Assembly (NCBI GenBank): GCA_963827235.1 | Contig: CAWHAE010000016.1 | Coordinates: 576,001 to 640,000 of the forward strand | Reading direction: 5' to 3' | Source of the DNA: an uncultured bacterium | Lineage (GTDB): Bacteria; Chloroflexota; UBA5177; JANWHV01 | DNA: 64,000 bases | In this document: in pieces, positions 53,321-62,213 of the stretch | Layout of the letters: each line of letters opens with the position of its first letter | Position numbering within the stretch: position 1 is the stretch's first letter | The notes under the pieces: generated by a model | Database searches by the model: none | The model's input: only the letters and a program-made list of their open reading frames with translations | What the model was told of the DNA's origin: nothing | Position numbers and translations under genes: made by a program

Positions 53321-54850
53321 TCAGACGATCAGATCCGGCTCGCGGTTCACTGGTGGAGTCACAGGGAGTACCACGCCAAACGTGCTGCCTCCGACCTCGC
53401 CGCTGCGCACCCACATCTGGCCGCCGTGCTCGCGCACGATCGTATGGCTGATATACAGGCCGACACCCAGACCCGAGAAGTGTTGGGCGCGCGATCGCAC
53501 ACGGTAGAATCGCTGGAACAGTTGGCCTTGTTCCTCGGCGGGTATGCCCACTCCACTATCCGAAACGGTGATCGTGACCTCGGTGCGAGTGCCCTCGACA
53601 GTCACCCGCACCGGCCCGCCGTCCGGCGAGTACTTGACCGCATTGTCGAGCAGGTTGGTGAGTACCTGCTCCAGTCGCGTCGCGTCGCACAGAATCACAC
53701 CGCTGCTGCCGTCATCGTCCAGGAGGAAACTACGATCGGGATGGGCGGTGCGATGAACATCAACTGCCTCCCGCACGAGGTCAGTAACCGGGACCGGTGC
53801 GATGCGCAGGCTCATCCGGCCGGCGTGAATTCGCGACACGTCGAGTAGATCGGTTACCAAACGAGTCAATCTGTCGGCCTGGCGAACGATCTTGTCGGCG
53901 TTGGCAACGACGTCCTTCGCTTCCATCTTGTCCGCGTTCATCTGCGTGAGCTGCGCGTAGCCGCGGAGCGTGCTGATCGGGGTCTTGAGCTCGTGGGTCG
54001 CCATGGAGACGAACTCATCCTTCTGTCGCTCGCGCTCCCGCAGCACGGTGACGTCCCGGCACATCACCAGCCCGCCGGCAACCGTGTCCTCTCTGAGCAG
54101 CTTTGCCGCGGTGAACATGCAGTGCAGCTGGCAGGTATCCTCGCCCAGCTGCATGACTACTTCTCCGGCGAGCACGTTGGGACCGTTCAGCGGCCAGCCG
54201 GACGGCAAAACTTCCGCGACCGGAGTGAGCGCCGGCACCACGCGTACATTGAAGGCTTGGATGAGGTCCATCCACGGTCTGCCGGCATACGAGTCCACCG
54301 ACGTGCCGAGTAGCTTAGCCGCGCCGGGGTTGATCTCGACGATCCGGCCCTTGATGTCCAGCGTAATCACGGCCTCGGGCAAAGAGCGCAGCATGTCCTG
54401 CAAGGAGCAGAGCCCGGCCTCGGCCCTGGCAACCGCGGCGCGAGCACGCAGCGCGACGCTCTCCTGATTGCGCATTCTCTCTCGCTCGCGCTCCCGAATC
54501 TGAAGCTGCTGTATCACGACTGCCGCGGCCAGGCCCTGGGCCACCAGCGCAATCACGCGGTTCGCCAGCGCCGCGGTCGCCTCATCAGGAGGAGCGCCGA
54601 ATCCCGCCACCGCCACGGTAGCCACTGACGTGACCACGAAGACGAAGTATGTGGCGCGTGGTGCGCCGAGCACAAGGGTAAGCACGATGGGCGCGACGTA
54701 GAGCGCGGAGAAGACGACGTCCGCCGGATGCCAGGCGTCGCATGCGAACACAAGGGCGACCAGGATAGGAGGAAGGTACGCTAGCAGTATCGTGCGTAGC
54801 CCGCTGCCGGCTGGTGCAAAAACCTTCGTGCGCACCGCGTTCTGTTGCAT
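53321..54850 (-). CDS. membrane PAS sensor histidine kinase (HisKA)
   Basis: N-terminal TM helices, PAS, THELKTP, NLLDNAVKYS, DSGVGI, FQRFYR, GLGVGL. Confidence 0.92.
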   Translation of the reverse strand: MQQNAVRTKVFAPAGSGLRTILLAYLPPILVALVFACDAWHPADVVFSALYVAPIVLTLVLGAPRATYFVFVVTSVATVAVAGFGAPPDEATAALANRVIALVAQGLAAAVVIQQLQIRERERERMRNQESVALRARAAVARAEAGLCSLQDMLRSLPEAVITLDIKGRIVEINPGAAKLLGTSVDSYAGRPWMDLIQAFNVRVVPALTPVAEVLPSGWPLNGPNVLAGEVVMQLGEDTCQLHCMFTAAKLLREDTVAGGLVMCRDVTVLRERERQKDEFVSMATHELKTPISTLRGYAQLTQMNADKMEAKDVVANADKIVRQADRLTRLVTDLLDVSRIHAGRMSLRIAPVPVTDLVREAVDVHRTAHPDRSFLLDDDGSSGVILCDATRLEQVLTNLLDNAVKYSPDGGPVRVTVEGTRTEVTITVSDSGVGIPAEEQGQLFQRFYRVRSRAQHFSGLGVGLYISHTIVREHGGQMWVRSGEVGGSTFGVVLPVTPPVNREPDLIV

Positions 54851-54936
54851 TTCCCTGTCTTGCGTTCGATGCCGGGCATAGGACTAGCAGTATTAGCGTA
54901 CGTGGTCCCGTGCCAATCAGATATAGGCATTTATAG

Positions 54937-55437
54937 CTAGCGCAGCTCACCACGAAAATACAGCAGTGGCGTGCCCGACTCCGACGAAGCGACATGGACC
55001 GCGCGGCCGAGAAACAGCGTGTGGTCGCCCGCGGCGATGACGCCGGTGGTGATGCAGTCAACATGAGCCAGCGCGCCGTCCAGCAGCGGCGCACCTGTTG
55101 TCGCCACGTGGCACGGGAAGACGGTGAACGCCGGATCGTCGTGCGACTGCTCCGGATCGGCGAAGTAATCAGCCAGCTCGCGCTGCTTCGCCGACAACAC
55201 GCTCAGGGCGAAGTTGTCGCTGTTCCTCATGGCCGCGTACATCCTGGTGCCCGTCTGGATGCTGATAAGCACGAGAAGCGGCGCGAGTGACACTGAGATC
55301 ACGGCGTTAGCGGTGACGCCATGCCGGCCGGATGAAGCAGCGGTCGTGGCAACAGTCACGCCCGAAGCGAGACAACTAAGCGCGGCCTTGAACTGGGCCG
55401 CGTCGACCTCAGGAGGAACATGGTCGTCCGTGTTCAT
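54937..55437 (-). CDS. flavin reductase family protein
   Basis: ASGVTVAT, SVSLAP, AGDHTLFLG, PLLYFRG. Confidence 0.9.
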   Translation of the reverse strand: MNTDDHVPPEVDAAQFKAALSCLASGVTVATTAASSGRHGVTANAVISVSLAPLLVLISIQTGTRMYAAMRNSDNFALSVLSAKQRELADYFADPEQSHDDPAFTVFPCHVATTGAPLLDGALAHVDCITTGVIAAGDHTLFLGRAVHVASSESGTPLLYFRGELR

Positions 55438-55446
55438 GGACTCAGA

Positions 55447-56259
55447 TCAACAGGCCGGCGCCGTGAGTCTGCGGATGACGAACTCCTTGATGCGCTCCAC
55501 CTGTTCGTGCTCCCGACCCGCGAAGGTAGTGCCATACCACGACGCCAGCTCTTCGAAGCACATCTCGAACACGTCGTCCGGCAGGCGCCAGGTCTGGGAC
55601 CACAGCCGTTTGCGGATCGAGTCTAGCTCCTCGGCGTGCGACACCGTCGCCTGCCAGCTCACCGGCTTGATCACTTCAACGGCAAGTCCCGGTATGGTCG
55701 AGTGCAGGTAGTCTAGAAGCGACGAGGCGGCTTCCGACGAGTTCGGCACCGCATAACCCCGGCGGTTGACGATCTCCTTCCACTTCTCGGGTACGGACGG
55801 CAGTCCCGCGCCGTCGACCATGTCCGCGCAGATAAGGAGGCAACCCCCCGGGCGGAGCACGCGGAACAATTCCTGAACTGCCCGCCTGGCGTCTGCCATC
55901 AGGTGAAAGACGTGCACGGCAATCGCCGCGTCGAAGTCACCATCCTGGAACGGCAGATCATGCGCGTCGGCTTCTTCCACGCGAACCCGCAAGGGGCGCC
56001 CGCCTGCGGCAGAAGCCGCCAGCTTCTCGTGAAGCCTCGCCAGCATCTCCAGGGATATATCCACACCGGTCACATCGTAGCCAAGCTCTGCCAGCGGCAG
56101 GGCGATACGACCTGTGCCGACTCCAATCTCCAGAAAGCGGGTGGCGGCGGTAGCTTGGGCCGCAGCCGCCAGGCCCCGGCCGATTGCCAGTGCAACGTCG
56201 CGATCGTAACCGCGGGTCGCATCGTAGTAGCCCGCGGCACGGTCAAAGTTGATCGACAC
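55447..56259 (-). CDS. class I SAM-dependent methyltransferase
   Basis: FDRAAGYYDATR, LEIGVGTGRI, GVDIS, RVLRPGG; SD GAGGAGG before GTG. Confidence 0.9.
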   Translation of the reverse strand: MSINFDRAAGYYDATRGYDRDVALAIGRGLAAAAQATAATRFLEIGVGTGRIALPLAELGYDVTGVDISLEMLARLHEKLAASAAGGRPLRVRVEEADAHDLPFQDGDFDAAIAVHVFHLMADARRAVQELFRVLRPGGCLLICADMVDGAGLPSVPEKWKEIVNRRGYAVPNSSEAASSLLDYLHSTIPGLAVEVIKPVSWQATVSHAEELDSIRKRLWSQTWRLPDDVFEMCFEELASWYGTTFAGREHEQVERIKEFVIRRLTAPAC

Positions 56260-56895
56260 GATTCTCGCCTCCTCGCACTGAGGCACCAGGGACGCCGAGC
56301 AATACGACGGGAAGGACAGCCCGCCAGGCCGAATGCCACGCAGTGCCGCGCACAATCGCTCTTCATCGTACCTGAAACCGGCCGTCACCCGATGAAGCCG
56401 GCGCTGTTCTCGCGTCCAGCCTGCCACCTGTCGTGGTCAGCGAACACCGGTCGTCGATTGTACCGCGATCGGTGCCACGGCCCTGGCTGACCGGCCCTGG
56501 GACATCGGCCATCTGGACGCCACGTGGACGTGACATCGCAGCCTTCACCTTCCGCGAGGAACGGACCGCGCACACGGCGATGGGTGATTCTCCGACGAAT
56601 GACAGTGCAGGGCCGAGGCCGCCTCCGCACCGGGCCTGTGAGCAACTCGCTTGCCACCTGGCGGCCAACAGGGCGGGCAAGATGCCCGAGCGATCCCGGG
56701 AATGGGCCAGGAGCCGCTCCTTGCCACGATTCGCGAGCGGCACCTGCGTGGGACGTGGAGCCCGCTCGCCGCCGCCGTGTGCCGGCCGGCATACGCCGAA
56801 TCGTGGCTGCGCGGGCAGATCGGGATACTCGCGGGCAGCTACGGCGCGCTGAAGAATCCGTGGCGCCAACGGACGGTGGCCCCGAAGTGACCCAA

Positions 56896-57192
56896 CTACA
56901 GGTGGATGAACAGCAGCGGGCGGACGCTCCCCTGCGCCTCCAGCGCTTCGACGCGCCCGGCAATCCAGGGCACAAGCGTGCGTATGGCACCCACCTCACG
57001 CTCAGTTCTGTCGGCCGACTGCACGAGGTGCAACAGCTCGGCTATCTTCACGCCCAGGTGGGCAATCTGAGCCTTCTGTACTGGAGTGGCACGGGCCACG
57101 GTAAGTGCTTGATAGCGCTCGCGCAGGCAGCCGACCTCACCTGCAATCTCGTTCTGAATGGAGTCTGGTCTCGCGATGCACGCCGTGCTCAT
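56896..57192 (-). CDS. hypothetical helical protein (98 aa)
   Basis: Strong SD GGGAGG, dedicated promoter upstream, protein-like composition. Confidence 0.65.
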   Translation of the reverse strand: MSTACIARPDSIQNEIAGEVGCLRERYQALTVARATPVQKAQIAHLGVKIAELLHLVQSADRTEREVGAIRTLVPWIAGRVEALEAQGSVRPLLFIHL

Positions 57193-57213
57193 ACTTGTGC
57201 CCTCCCGTAATAC

Positions 57214-57249
57214 TAGAACAAGTGTACTACAGGAGGCTTTGCATGGCAA
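57214..57249 (-). promoter_or_regulatory. promoter TTGCCA-17-TACACT with an overlapping LexA-like box TAGAAC-AAGT-GTACTA
   Basis: Palindrome at 57214-57229 matches GAAC-N4-GTTC with one mismatch and covers the -10 element. Confidence 0.6.
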
Positions 57250-57332
57250 TACTCCAGGAACCTTGTCGTTTCGGGGAGCGGACAGGCGCCAGCCTATCCT
57301 GAGCACCGGGCCTCGCACCAGAGATCTCGGAG

Positions 57333-57776
57333 CTAGGCCCCGGAGCTGCCGAAACCGCCGCGCGCCGGGGCGTCCATGGCGGAGACCTCCTGCCACTGAG
57401 CGCGGTCGACACGCACAAAGATGCCTTGCGCCACGCGCTCGCCGCGGTGAACGTACACGGGCTCAGTGGTGAAGTTGTAGACCTGGCACAGTATCTCGTC
57501 GTCGTCGCCGCGATAGTCCTGGTCGATCACTCCTATTCCGTGCGGCACGGAGAGGCCCTTGCGCCGTGGCGTCGAGCTGCGCGAAGCCACCAGCAGCATG
57601 TACCCTTCCGGCGTGGCAACGGCCACACCGGTCGGCAACAGCGCTATCTGCCCCGGTTGAATGACAGTCTCCTCCCGGCAGAAGAGGTCAAAACCTACGG
57701 AGCCCGGTGACGTATACGCCGGCATCGGCAATTCTGGGTCGAGCCGGCGGATGGTGACAACGAGCTTCTCAGCCAC
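57333..57776 (-). CDS. dut: dUTP diphosphatase (trimeric)
   Basis: SVGFDL, SRSS, GVIDQDYRG, RVAQ, RGGFGSSG. Confidence 0.93.
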   Translation of the reverse strand: MAEKLVVTIRRLDPELPMPAYTSPGSVGFDLFCREETVIQPGQIALLPTGVAVATPEGYMLLVASRSSTPRRKGLSVPHGIGVIDQDYRGDDDEILCQVYNFTTEPVYVHRGERVAQGIFVRVDRAQWQEVSAMDAPARGGFGSSGA

Positions 57777-58602
57777 CGGGCAGGATAATGCCGCTCGGTC
57801 GCACGGAGCCCCCAGACGGTGGTAGCGGGCGGCCATAAGGATCAACCAGCCCGGATGACTGCTGCACGGGCTGTGCGGGCTCGCCCTCAGGGTTGCTGAG
57901 TCGCCGCGCTATCTCCATGAAGCGGTCCGTGACTTGCTTGGCCGGCACGCCATACTGCTTGGCCACCTCGTCCGGATCTGCCTCGATCCCGTCCAGAGCA
58001 AGCACACACATGTGCGTGGCCGCCAACCAAGCGGTGACATCGGCTGCCGGATTCAGGTCCCTGCGCAGGGCGTGCCAAAAGCGAAGCCCCTGCTCCAGCA
58101 TGTGCAGGCCCGCGCCATCAGCCTGCAGCTTGGCGAGAAGCAGCTTGTCCGCCGAGTCGATCTCTTCCGGATGCTCCAACTCAAGCTGCATCTGTCCGTT
58201 ATAGAACATCACGGTAGGCTCGAGTATGACGTCGACGGTGAAATCGAGATCAGCAGGGACCGGCCAGATGTCGTCGACCATCCAGGCGCCGTTCTCCGAG
58301 CGGAGGACCACGGTGCTTACAGACACGTCCTCATCTTGCGCGTCGCGTCCGCGCACCTCGGCCACCGCCATCTCTTCGCCGACCTCGGCCATCGAGAGCC
58401 CAATCTGCTTGGGATTGGCCGCTAGTCCCAGAGGGACTCCCAGGGCGCTCATGCCGAACAGTGCTACTCCTTCGCGCTTGATGCTCCTCTCCGAAAGTAC
58501 AGCGAGCGCCGCCGGGACGTCGTCGTGCAGCACAGCGTCAATCAACGCCGTCACGGGAGTAACCACCGGCTCGGCGATCGCCTCTTGCGGGCGTAAAGTC
58601 AT
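57769..58602 (-). CDS. hypothetical acidic protein (NTF2-like N-part, C-terminal HTH-like part)
   Basis: Long ORF with SD GGAG, overlapping the dut start; VVLRSENGAWMV; EVAKQYGVPAKQVTDRFMEI. Confidence 0.75.
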   Translation of the reverse strand: MTLRPQEAIAEPVVTPVTALIDAVLHDDVPAALAVLSERSIKREGVALFGMSALGVPLGLAANPKQIGLSMAEVGEEMAVAEVRGRDAQDEDVSVSTVVLRSENGAWMVDDIWPVPADLDFTVDVILEPTVMFYNGQMQLELEHPEEIDSADKLLLAKLQADGAGLHMLEQGLRFWHALRRDLNPAADVTAWLAATHMCVLALDGIEADPDEVAKQYGVPAKQVTDRFMEIARRLSNPEGEPAQPVQQSSGLVDPYGRPLPPSGGSVRPSGIILPGG

Positions 58603-58768
58603 CTCCGCAGGTCCCTTCGCTCCTCTGCCGGGAGTCCACTATCGAAAGGCAGTGCCCCGGCTCTCCGCGGATCCTAGCATCCCTGAGCGCTTGCGGACAA
58701 ATGCGCGCGAAGCGCCACAGAACACGCCATTTCGGCCCTGCCGGCGCCGTACCCTGCTGCGGGCCAGG

Positions 58769-60184
58769 CTATGTCGGATGGACCATCTGCTCCGGTCGCA
58801 CCCAAGCGTCGAAATCCTCGGGCGTAACCAGGCCGAGCTCCACAGCCGCCTCCTTGAGCGTGCTGCCGTCCTTATGCGCCCTCTTGGCTACGCGAGCCGA
58901 GTTATCGTAGCCAATGTGAGGGTTCAGTGCCGTCACCAGCATCAGGCTGTCCGAGACGTACGCGGCGATGCGCCTCGTATCAGGCTCGATGCCGACCACG
59001 CAATGCAGGCGAAAGCTTCGCGCTGCGTCGGCCAGCAGGCGGACCGAGTGCAAGAAGTTGTGAATGATCACGGTCTTGAAGACGTTCAGCTCGAAGTTGC
59101 CGCTGGCACCGCCGATATTGATCGCTACATCGTTACCCAGTACCTGGGCACAGACCATGGTGACCGCTTCGCTCTGCGTGGGATTCACCTTCCCGGGCAT
59201 AATCGAGCTGCCGGGCTCGTTCTCCGGGATACTCAGCTCTCCGATGCCGCAACGGGGCCCGCTGGCAAGCCAGCGAACGTCGTTGGCTATCTTGTTCATG
59301 GCGCAGGCCAGCGTCTTGAGCGCGCCGTGCGCTTCCACGACGGCGTCGTGGCTGGCCAGCGCCTCGAACTTGTTCTCGGCCGAGATGAATGGCAGCCCGG
59401 TCAGCTCGGCGATCTTGGCGGCGCTTCGCTCGGCGTACTCACGATGCGCATTCAGGCCGGTGCCGACTGCTGTGCCCCCCAGGGCAAGCTCGCACAGGTG
59501 CGGCATCGCGCTGTCGATGGCCCTGAGCGCATGATCGAGCTGCGACACGTAGCCGGAGAACTCCTGGCCGAGCGTGAGCGGCGTAGCGTCCTGGAGGTGC
59601 GTGCGACCGATCTTGACGATGCCGGCAAAGGCGATGGACTTCTCCTGCAAGGCGTCACGCAATGCCGCCACCTGTGGCTTGAGCAGTCGCTCGACCTGCT
59701 CGACCGCAGCGATGTGCATGGCGGTCGGGAAGGTATCGTTTGAGGACTGGCTCTTGTTCACGTCGTCGTTGGGGTGAATGGGCTTCTTCGACCCGAGAAC
59801 GCCGCCGGCGAGCTCTATGGCCCGATTTGAAATCACCTCGTTCGCGTTCATGTTTGTCTGCGTGCCGCTGCCAGTCTGCCATACTCGAAGCGGGAAGTGG
59901 TCGTCGAGCTTGCCCTCGATCACCTCGTCCGCCGCTTGCACGATCAGGTCGACTTTATCTTTCGGCAGTAACCCGAGATCGCCATTCGTCAGCGCCGCGG
60001 CTTTCTTCAAGATGCCCAGCGCCCAGATGAGGGAACGCGTAAACCGGTCCTCTCCGATGTCGAAGTAGCGCAATGAACGCTGCGTCTGAGCGCCCCAATA
60101 GCGATCGACCGGGACCTGGATTTCTCCCATGCTGTCGCTTTCACTGCGCGTCGCGGTGCTGCCAGTACCCATGGTCGTGCTCAT
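58769..60184 (-). CDS. fumC: class II fumarate hydratase
   Basis: [41 protein letters not shown]. Confidence 0.97.
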   Translation of the reverse strand: MSTTMGTGSTATRSESDSMGEIQVPVDRYWGAQTQRSLRYFDIGEDRFTRSLIWALGILKKAAALTNGDLGLLPKDKVDLIVQAADEVIEGKLDDHFPLRVWQTGSGTQTNMNANEVISNRAIELAGGVLGSKKPIHPNDDVNKSQSSNDTFPTAMHIAAVEQVERLLKPQVAALRDALQEKSIAFAGIVKIGRTHLQDATPLTLGQEFSGYVSQLDHALRAIDSAMPHLCELALGGTAVGTGLNAHREYAERSAAKIAELTGLPFISAENKFEALASHDAVVEAHGALKTLACAMNKIANDVRWLASGPRCGIGELSIPENEPGSSIMPGKVNPTQSEAVTMVCAQVLGNDVAINIGGASGNFELNVFKTVIIHNFLHSVRLLADAARSFRLHCVVGIEPDTRRIAAYVSDSLMLVTALNPHIGYDNSARVAKRAHKDGSTLKEAAVELGLVTPEDFDAWVRPEQMVHPT

Positions 60185-60280
60185 TGGTTCCTCCCACAGT
60201 TGGTGAGCGATGCCAGGCAAGCACCCCTGTGGGGCACGACATGCGGCGCAGGTATGAGGCTAGTCGCCGGGGGCGTGGCC

Positions 60281-60329
60281 TGACATGAACTGGTCATGTT
60301 TCAGTATAGCTGGAGCGCAGGCATGTCAC
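60281..60329 (-). promoter_or_regulatory. putative fumC promoter (-10 TATACT) with ACATGA-N5-TCATGT inverted repeat
   Basis: TATACT at 60308-60303 (minus strand); inverted repeat at 60283-60299; additional CATGTCA half-site at 60322-60328. Confidence 0.45.
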
Positions 60330-60463
60330 GGGCAGGGGGCGACGAGGGCTGACGAAATACTCGTGGCGCGGTCGTAACGGAGCACTCTACTCGAGTGCTC
60401 GCCGTCCGCGGAGTACGTGCCCGATCCGCTAAGGATGGGCACTCAAGGCAGGCTGCCTGAAAC

Positions 60464-61450
60464 CTAGCGGCCTACCTCGAGGTCTCGCAGCGTCGACAGG
60501 AGGAAAGCATTGGCAGGGGCGAACTGGCGCCCGATACCGCGCTTCAACTCGGCGATTGCCTCGTCGGGGTCCCGTGGCGCCCTGTATGGGCGACCGGAGC
60601 GAATCGCCTCATAGGCGTCCGCCAAGCCGATCAACTGGGCATGAATGGGTATGGCGTCCTCGGACAAGCGATCCGGGTACCCGGTGCCGTCCCAGCGCTC
60701 GTGATGATGGCGGACCGACGGAGCGAGGTGAGCAAGACAGGCCACGCGGCGGACCATGCGGTCTCCGGCCGCGGGATGAATGCGCAGCGAGCTCCATTCG
60801 CCGTTGGAAAGGGTGCTGCGTTTGCGAAGCAGCTGAGTGGAGACGCCGATCTTGCCGATATCGTGCAGCACGGCGGCCGTCTCAAGCGCCAACAGGTCGC
60901 GCGCATTGAAGTTCATGGCTCGCCCGAGGCTCGCCGCGAGCCGTCGCACCGTGTACGAATGCCTGGCCGTGGCAGGCTCATGCGCCTCCAGCATCTGCAT
61001 CATGGCGTCCGCGGCCTGCTGCATCGTATCGAGGCGACCTGCCGAGGCAAGAAGCAGAGCGTGCACATGCGCAGCGTAGCCCCTGGCCAGGGCAATGTAC
61101 TCGTGCTGGCTGGCCACGTACCCGTAGTCATAGAGCACGACCAGCGCACCGCGCATACCGAGCACCGGCTCGACAGGAGAGGCAGCCAACCCCGGGCGGC
61201 TTACGCCTTCGCCGCTCTCGAGCACGCGCAGGGCGTGGGCCCTCCACGCATTGAGATGGCCACGGCCGGCCGCCATGTCCGAGAGCTCGCCACCTTTCGA
61301 GGCTAGCAGCAGCCTGGCACCGATGCCCGCGCCGGACGCCTCGTCGAGAATAGCTTGCAGTGCCGGCCGCAGCAGCAGATCACAGTCCCAAGGGCAGTCG
61401 CATATCGGCTGTGCCGGGTTAACCGGCAACAGCCTCGCTGCATTCAGCAT
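60464..61450 (-). CDS. HD-GYP domain phosphodiesterase with degenerate GAF-like N-terminus
   Basis: TARHS, LHDIGKIG, IHP, HHERWDGTGYP, RPYR. Confidence 0.92.
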   Translation of the reverse strand: MLNAARLLPVNPAQPICDCPWDCDLLLRPALQAILDEASGAGIGARLLLASKGGELSDMAAGRGHLNAWRAHALRVLESGEGVSRPGLAASPVEPVLGMRGALVVLYDYGYVASQHEYIALARGYAAHVHALLLASAGRLDTMQQAADAMMQMLEAHEPATARHSYTVRRLAASLGRAMNFNARDLLALETAAVLHDIGKIGVSTQLLRKRSTLSNGEWSSLRIHPAAGDRMVRRVACLAHLAPSVRHHHERWDGTGYPDRLSEDAIPIHAQLIGLADAYEAIRSGRPYRAPRDPDEAIAELKRGIGRQFAPANAFLLSTLRDLEVGR

Positions 61451-61673
61451 GGGTCACAGCCTTCCCGTACAGTCGTGGCAACAAGATGCTTGCAAACGTG
61501 CGCAGATCGCGTGCCTGGATGTCTGCCACCATGGCAGCCTCTTTGGCCGAAAGTCCGAATTCGAGCGCTGCCGCGCCGGGGTTGCCGAGCAAGGCCGCCC
61601 CAAACGAGTGATCGACCGCGGCGGTACCGATAAGCCGCTCGAAGCTTGCATGTAAAGTCGGATGCGGTGCCAT
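61419..61673 (-). CDS. 84-aa NHLP/Os1348-like leader-type small protein
   Basis: ERLIGTAAVDHSFGAALLGNP...FGLSAKE; SD GAAAGGG; lies between the repeat gene and the HD-GYP gene. Confidence 0.7.
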   Translation of the reverse strand: MAPHPTLHASFERLIGTAAVDHSFGAALLGNPGAAALEFGLSAKEAAMVADIQARDLRTFASILLPRLYGKAVTHAECSEAVAG

Positions 61674-61705
61674 GATCAGGATCCCTTTCAGGTGGTAGGA
61701 GTGAT

Positions 61706-62182
61706 TCAGCGCTTCGAGTGGCTGGCGGTAGTCTTGGTATGACTCTTGGTCGCGTGCAAGGGGCCACCGTTCGCGCCGCCTGCGCTGCTCAGCCTGATAG
61801 CGAGCGGTCCGCCACTCGCGCCGCCTGCACTGCTCAGCCTGATAGCGAGCGGTCCGCCGTTCGCACCGCCTGCGCTGCTCAGCCTGATAGCGAGCGGTCC
61901 GCCGTTCGCGCCGCCTGCACTGCTCAGCGAGTGGGCCAGGGGGCCACCGTTCGCGCCGCCTGCACTGCTCAGCCTGATAGCGAGCGGTCCGCCGTTCGCG
62001 CCGCCTGCACTGTTCAGCGAGTGGGCCAGGGGTCCGCCATTCGCTCCGCCTGCACTGTTCACAGCGGCATGGAAGGCACGGCCGGTGGTTGCCGCGTGCG
62101 CTTGCGTATCCACGTGAACGGCCGCCAGGCAACTTGCGGAAAACACGATGGCAATGGCAACGCGTCGAATTGCATGCGTCAT
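61706..62182 (-). CDS. secreted protein with seven 15-aa repeats (core SAGGANGG)
   Basis: SD GAGGAG; Sec signal MTHAIRRVAIAIVFSASCLAAVHVDTQAHA; differences between repeat copies are mostly synonymous in this frame. Confidence 0.85.
   Translation of the reverse strand: MTHAIRRVAIAIVFSASCLAAVHVDTQAHAATTGRAFHAAVNSAGGANGGPLAHSLNSAGGANGGPLAIRLSSAGGANGGPLAHSLSSAGGANGGPLAIRLSSAGGANGGPLAIRLSSAGGASGGPLAIRLSSAGGANGGPLHATKSHTKTTASHSKR
61761..62062. repeat. 45-bp tandem repeat, about 6.7 copies
   Basis: Units start at 61761, 61806, 61851, 61896, 61941, 61986 and 62031; two linker variants (CTGATAGCGAGC and GAGTGGGCCAGG). Confidence 0.95.
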
Positions 62183-62197
62183 GGCAGTATGCTCCTC

Positions 62198-62213
62198 TAG
62201 GACAAACGTTCTA
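62198..62213. promoter_or_regulatory. LexA-like palindrome TAGAAC-GTTT-GTCCTA upstream of the repeat-protein gene
   Basis: TAGGACAAACGTTCTA on the + strand, abutting the SD; same architecture as the box at 57214-57229. Confidence 0.45.

Noticed and set aside
60340-60462. Hammerhead ribozyme or c-di-GMP-I riboswitch
   Set aside because: CTGACGA and GAAAC occur, but I could not build the three-stem hammerhead core. The GGCAAA/GNRA/GACGCAAA elements of the c-di-GMP-I aptamer are missing.
61761-62062. 45-bp repeat array as a CRISPR array
   Set aside because: There are no unique spacers (only two recurring linker variants), the period is a multiple of 3 with synonymous variation, and no cas genes are present.
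61419-62200. Alternative-frame repeat ORFs (AEQCRRRERR, GPPFAPPALLS, ACTAQPDSER)
   Set aside because: Only the SAGGANGG frame has an SD, a signal peptide and synonymous variation. The 237-aa ORF is real only from MAPHPT at 61673.
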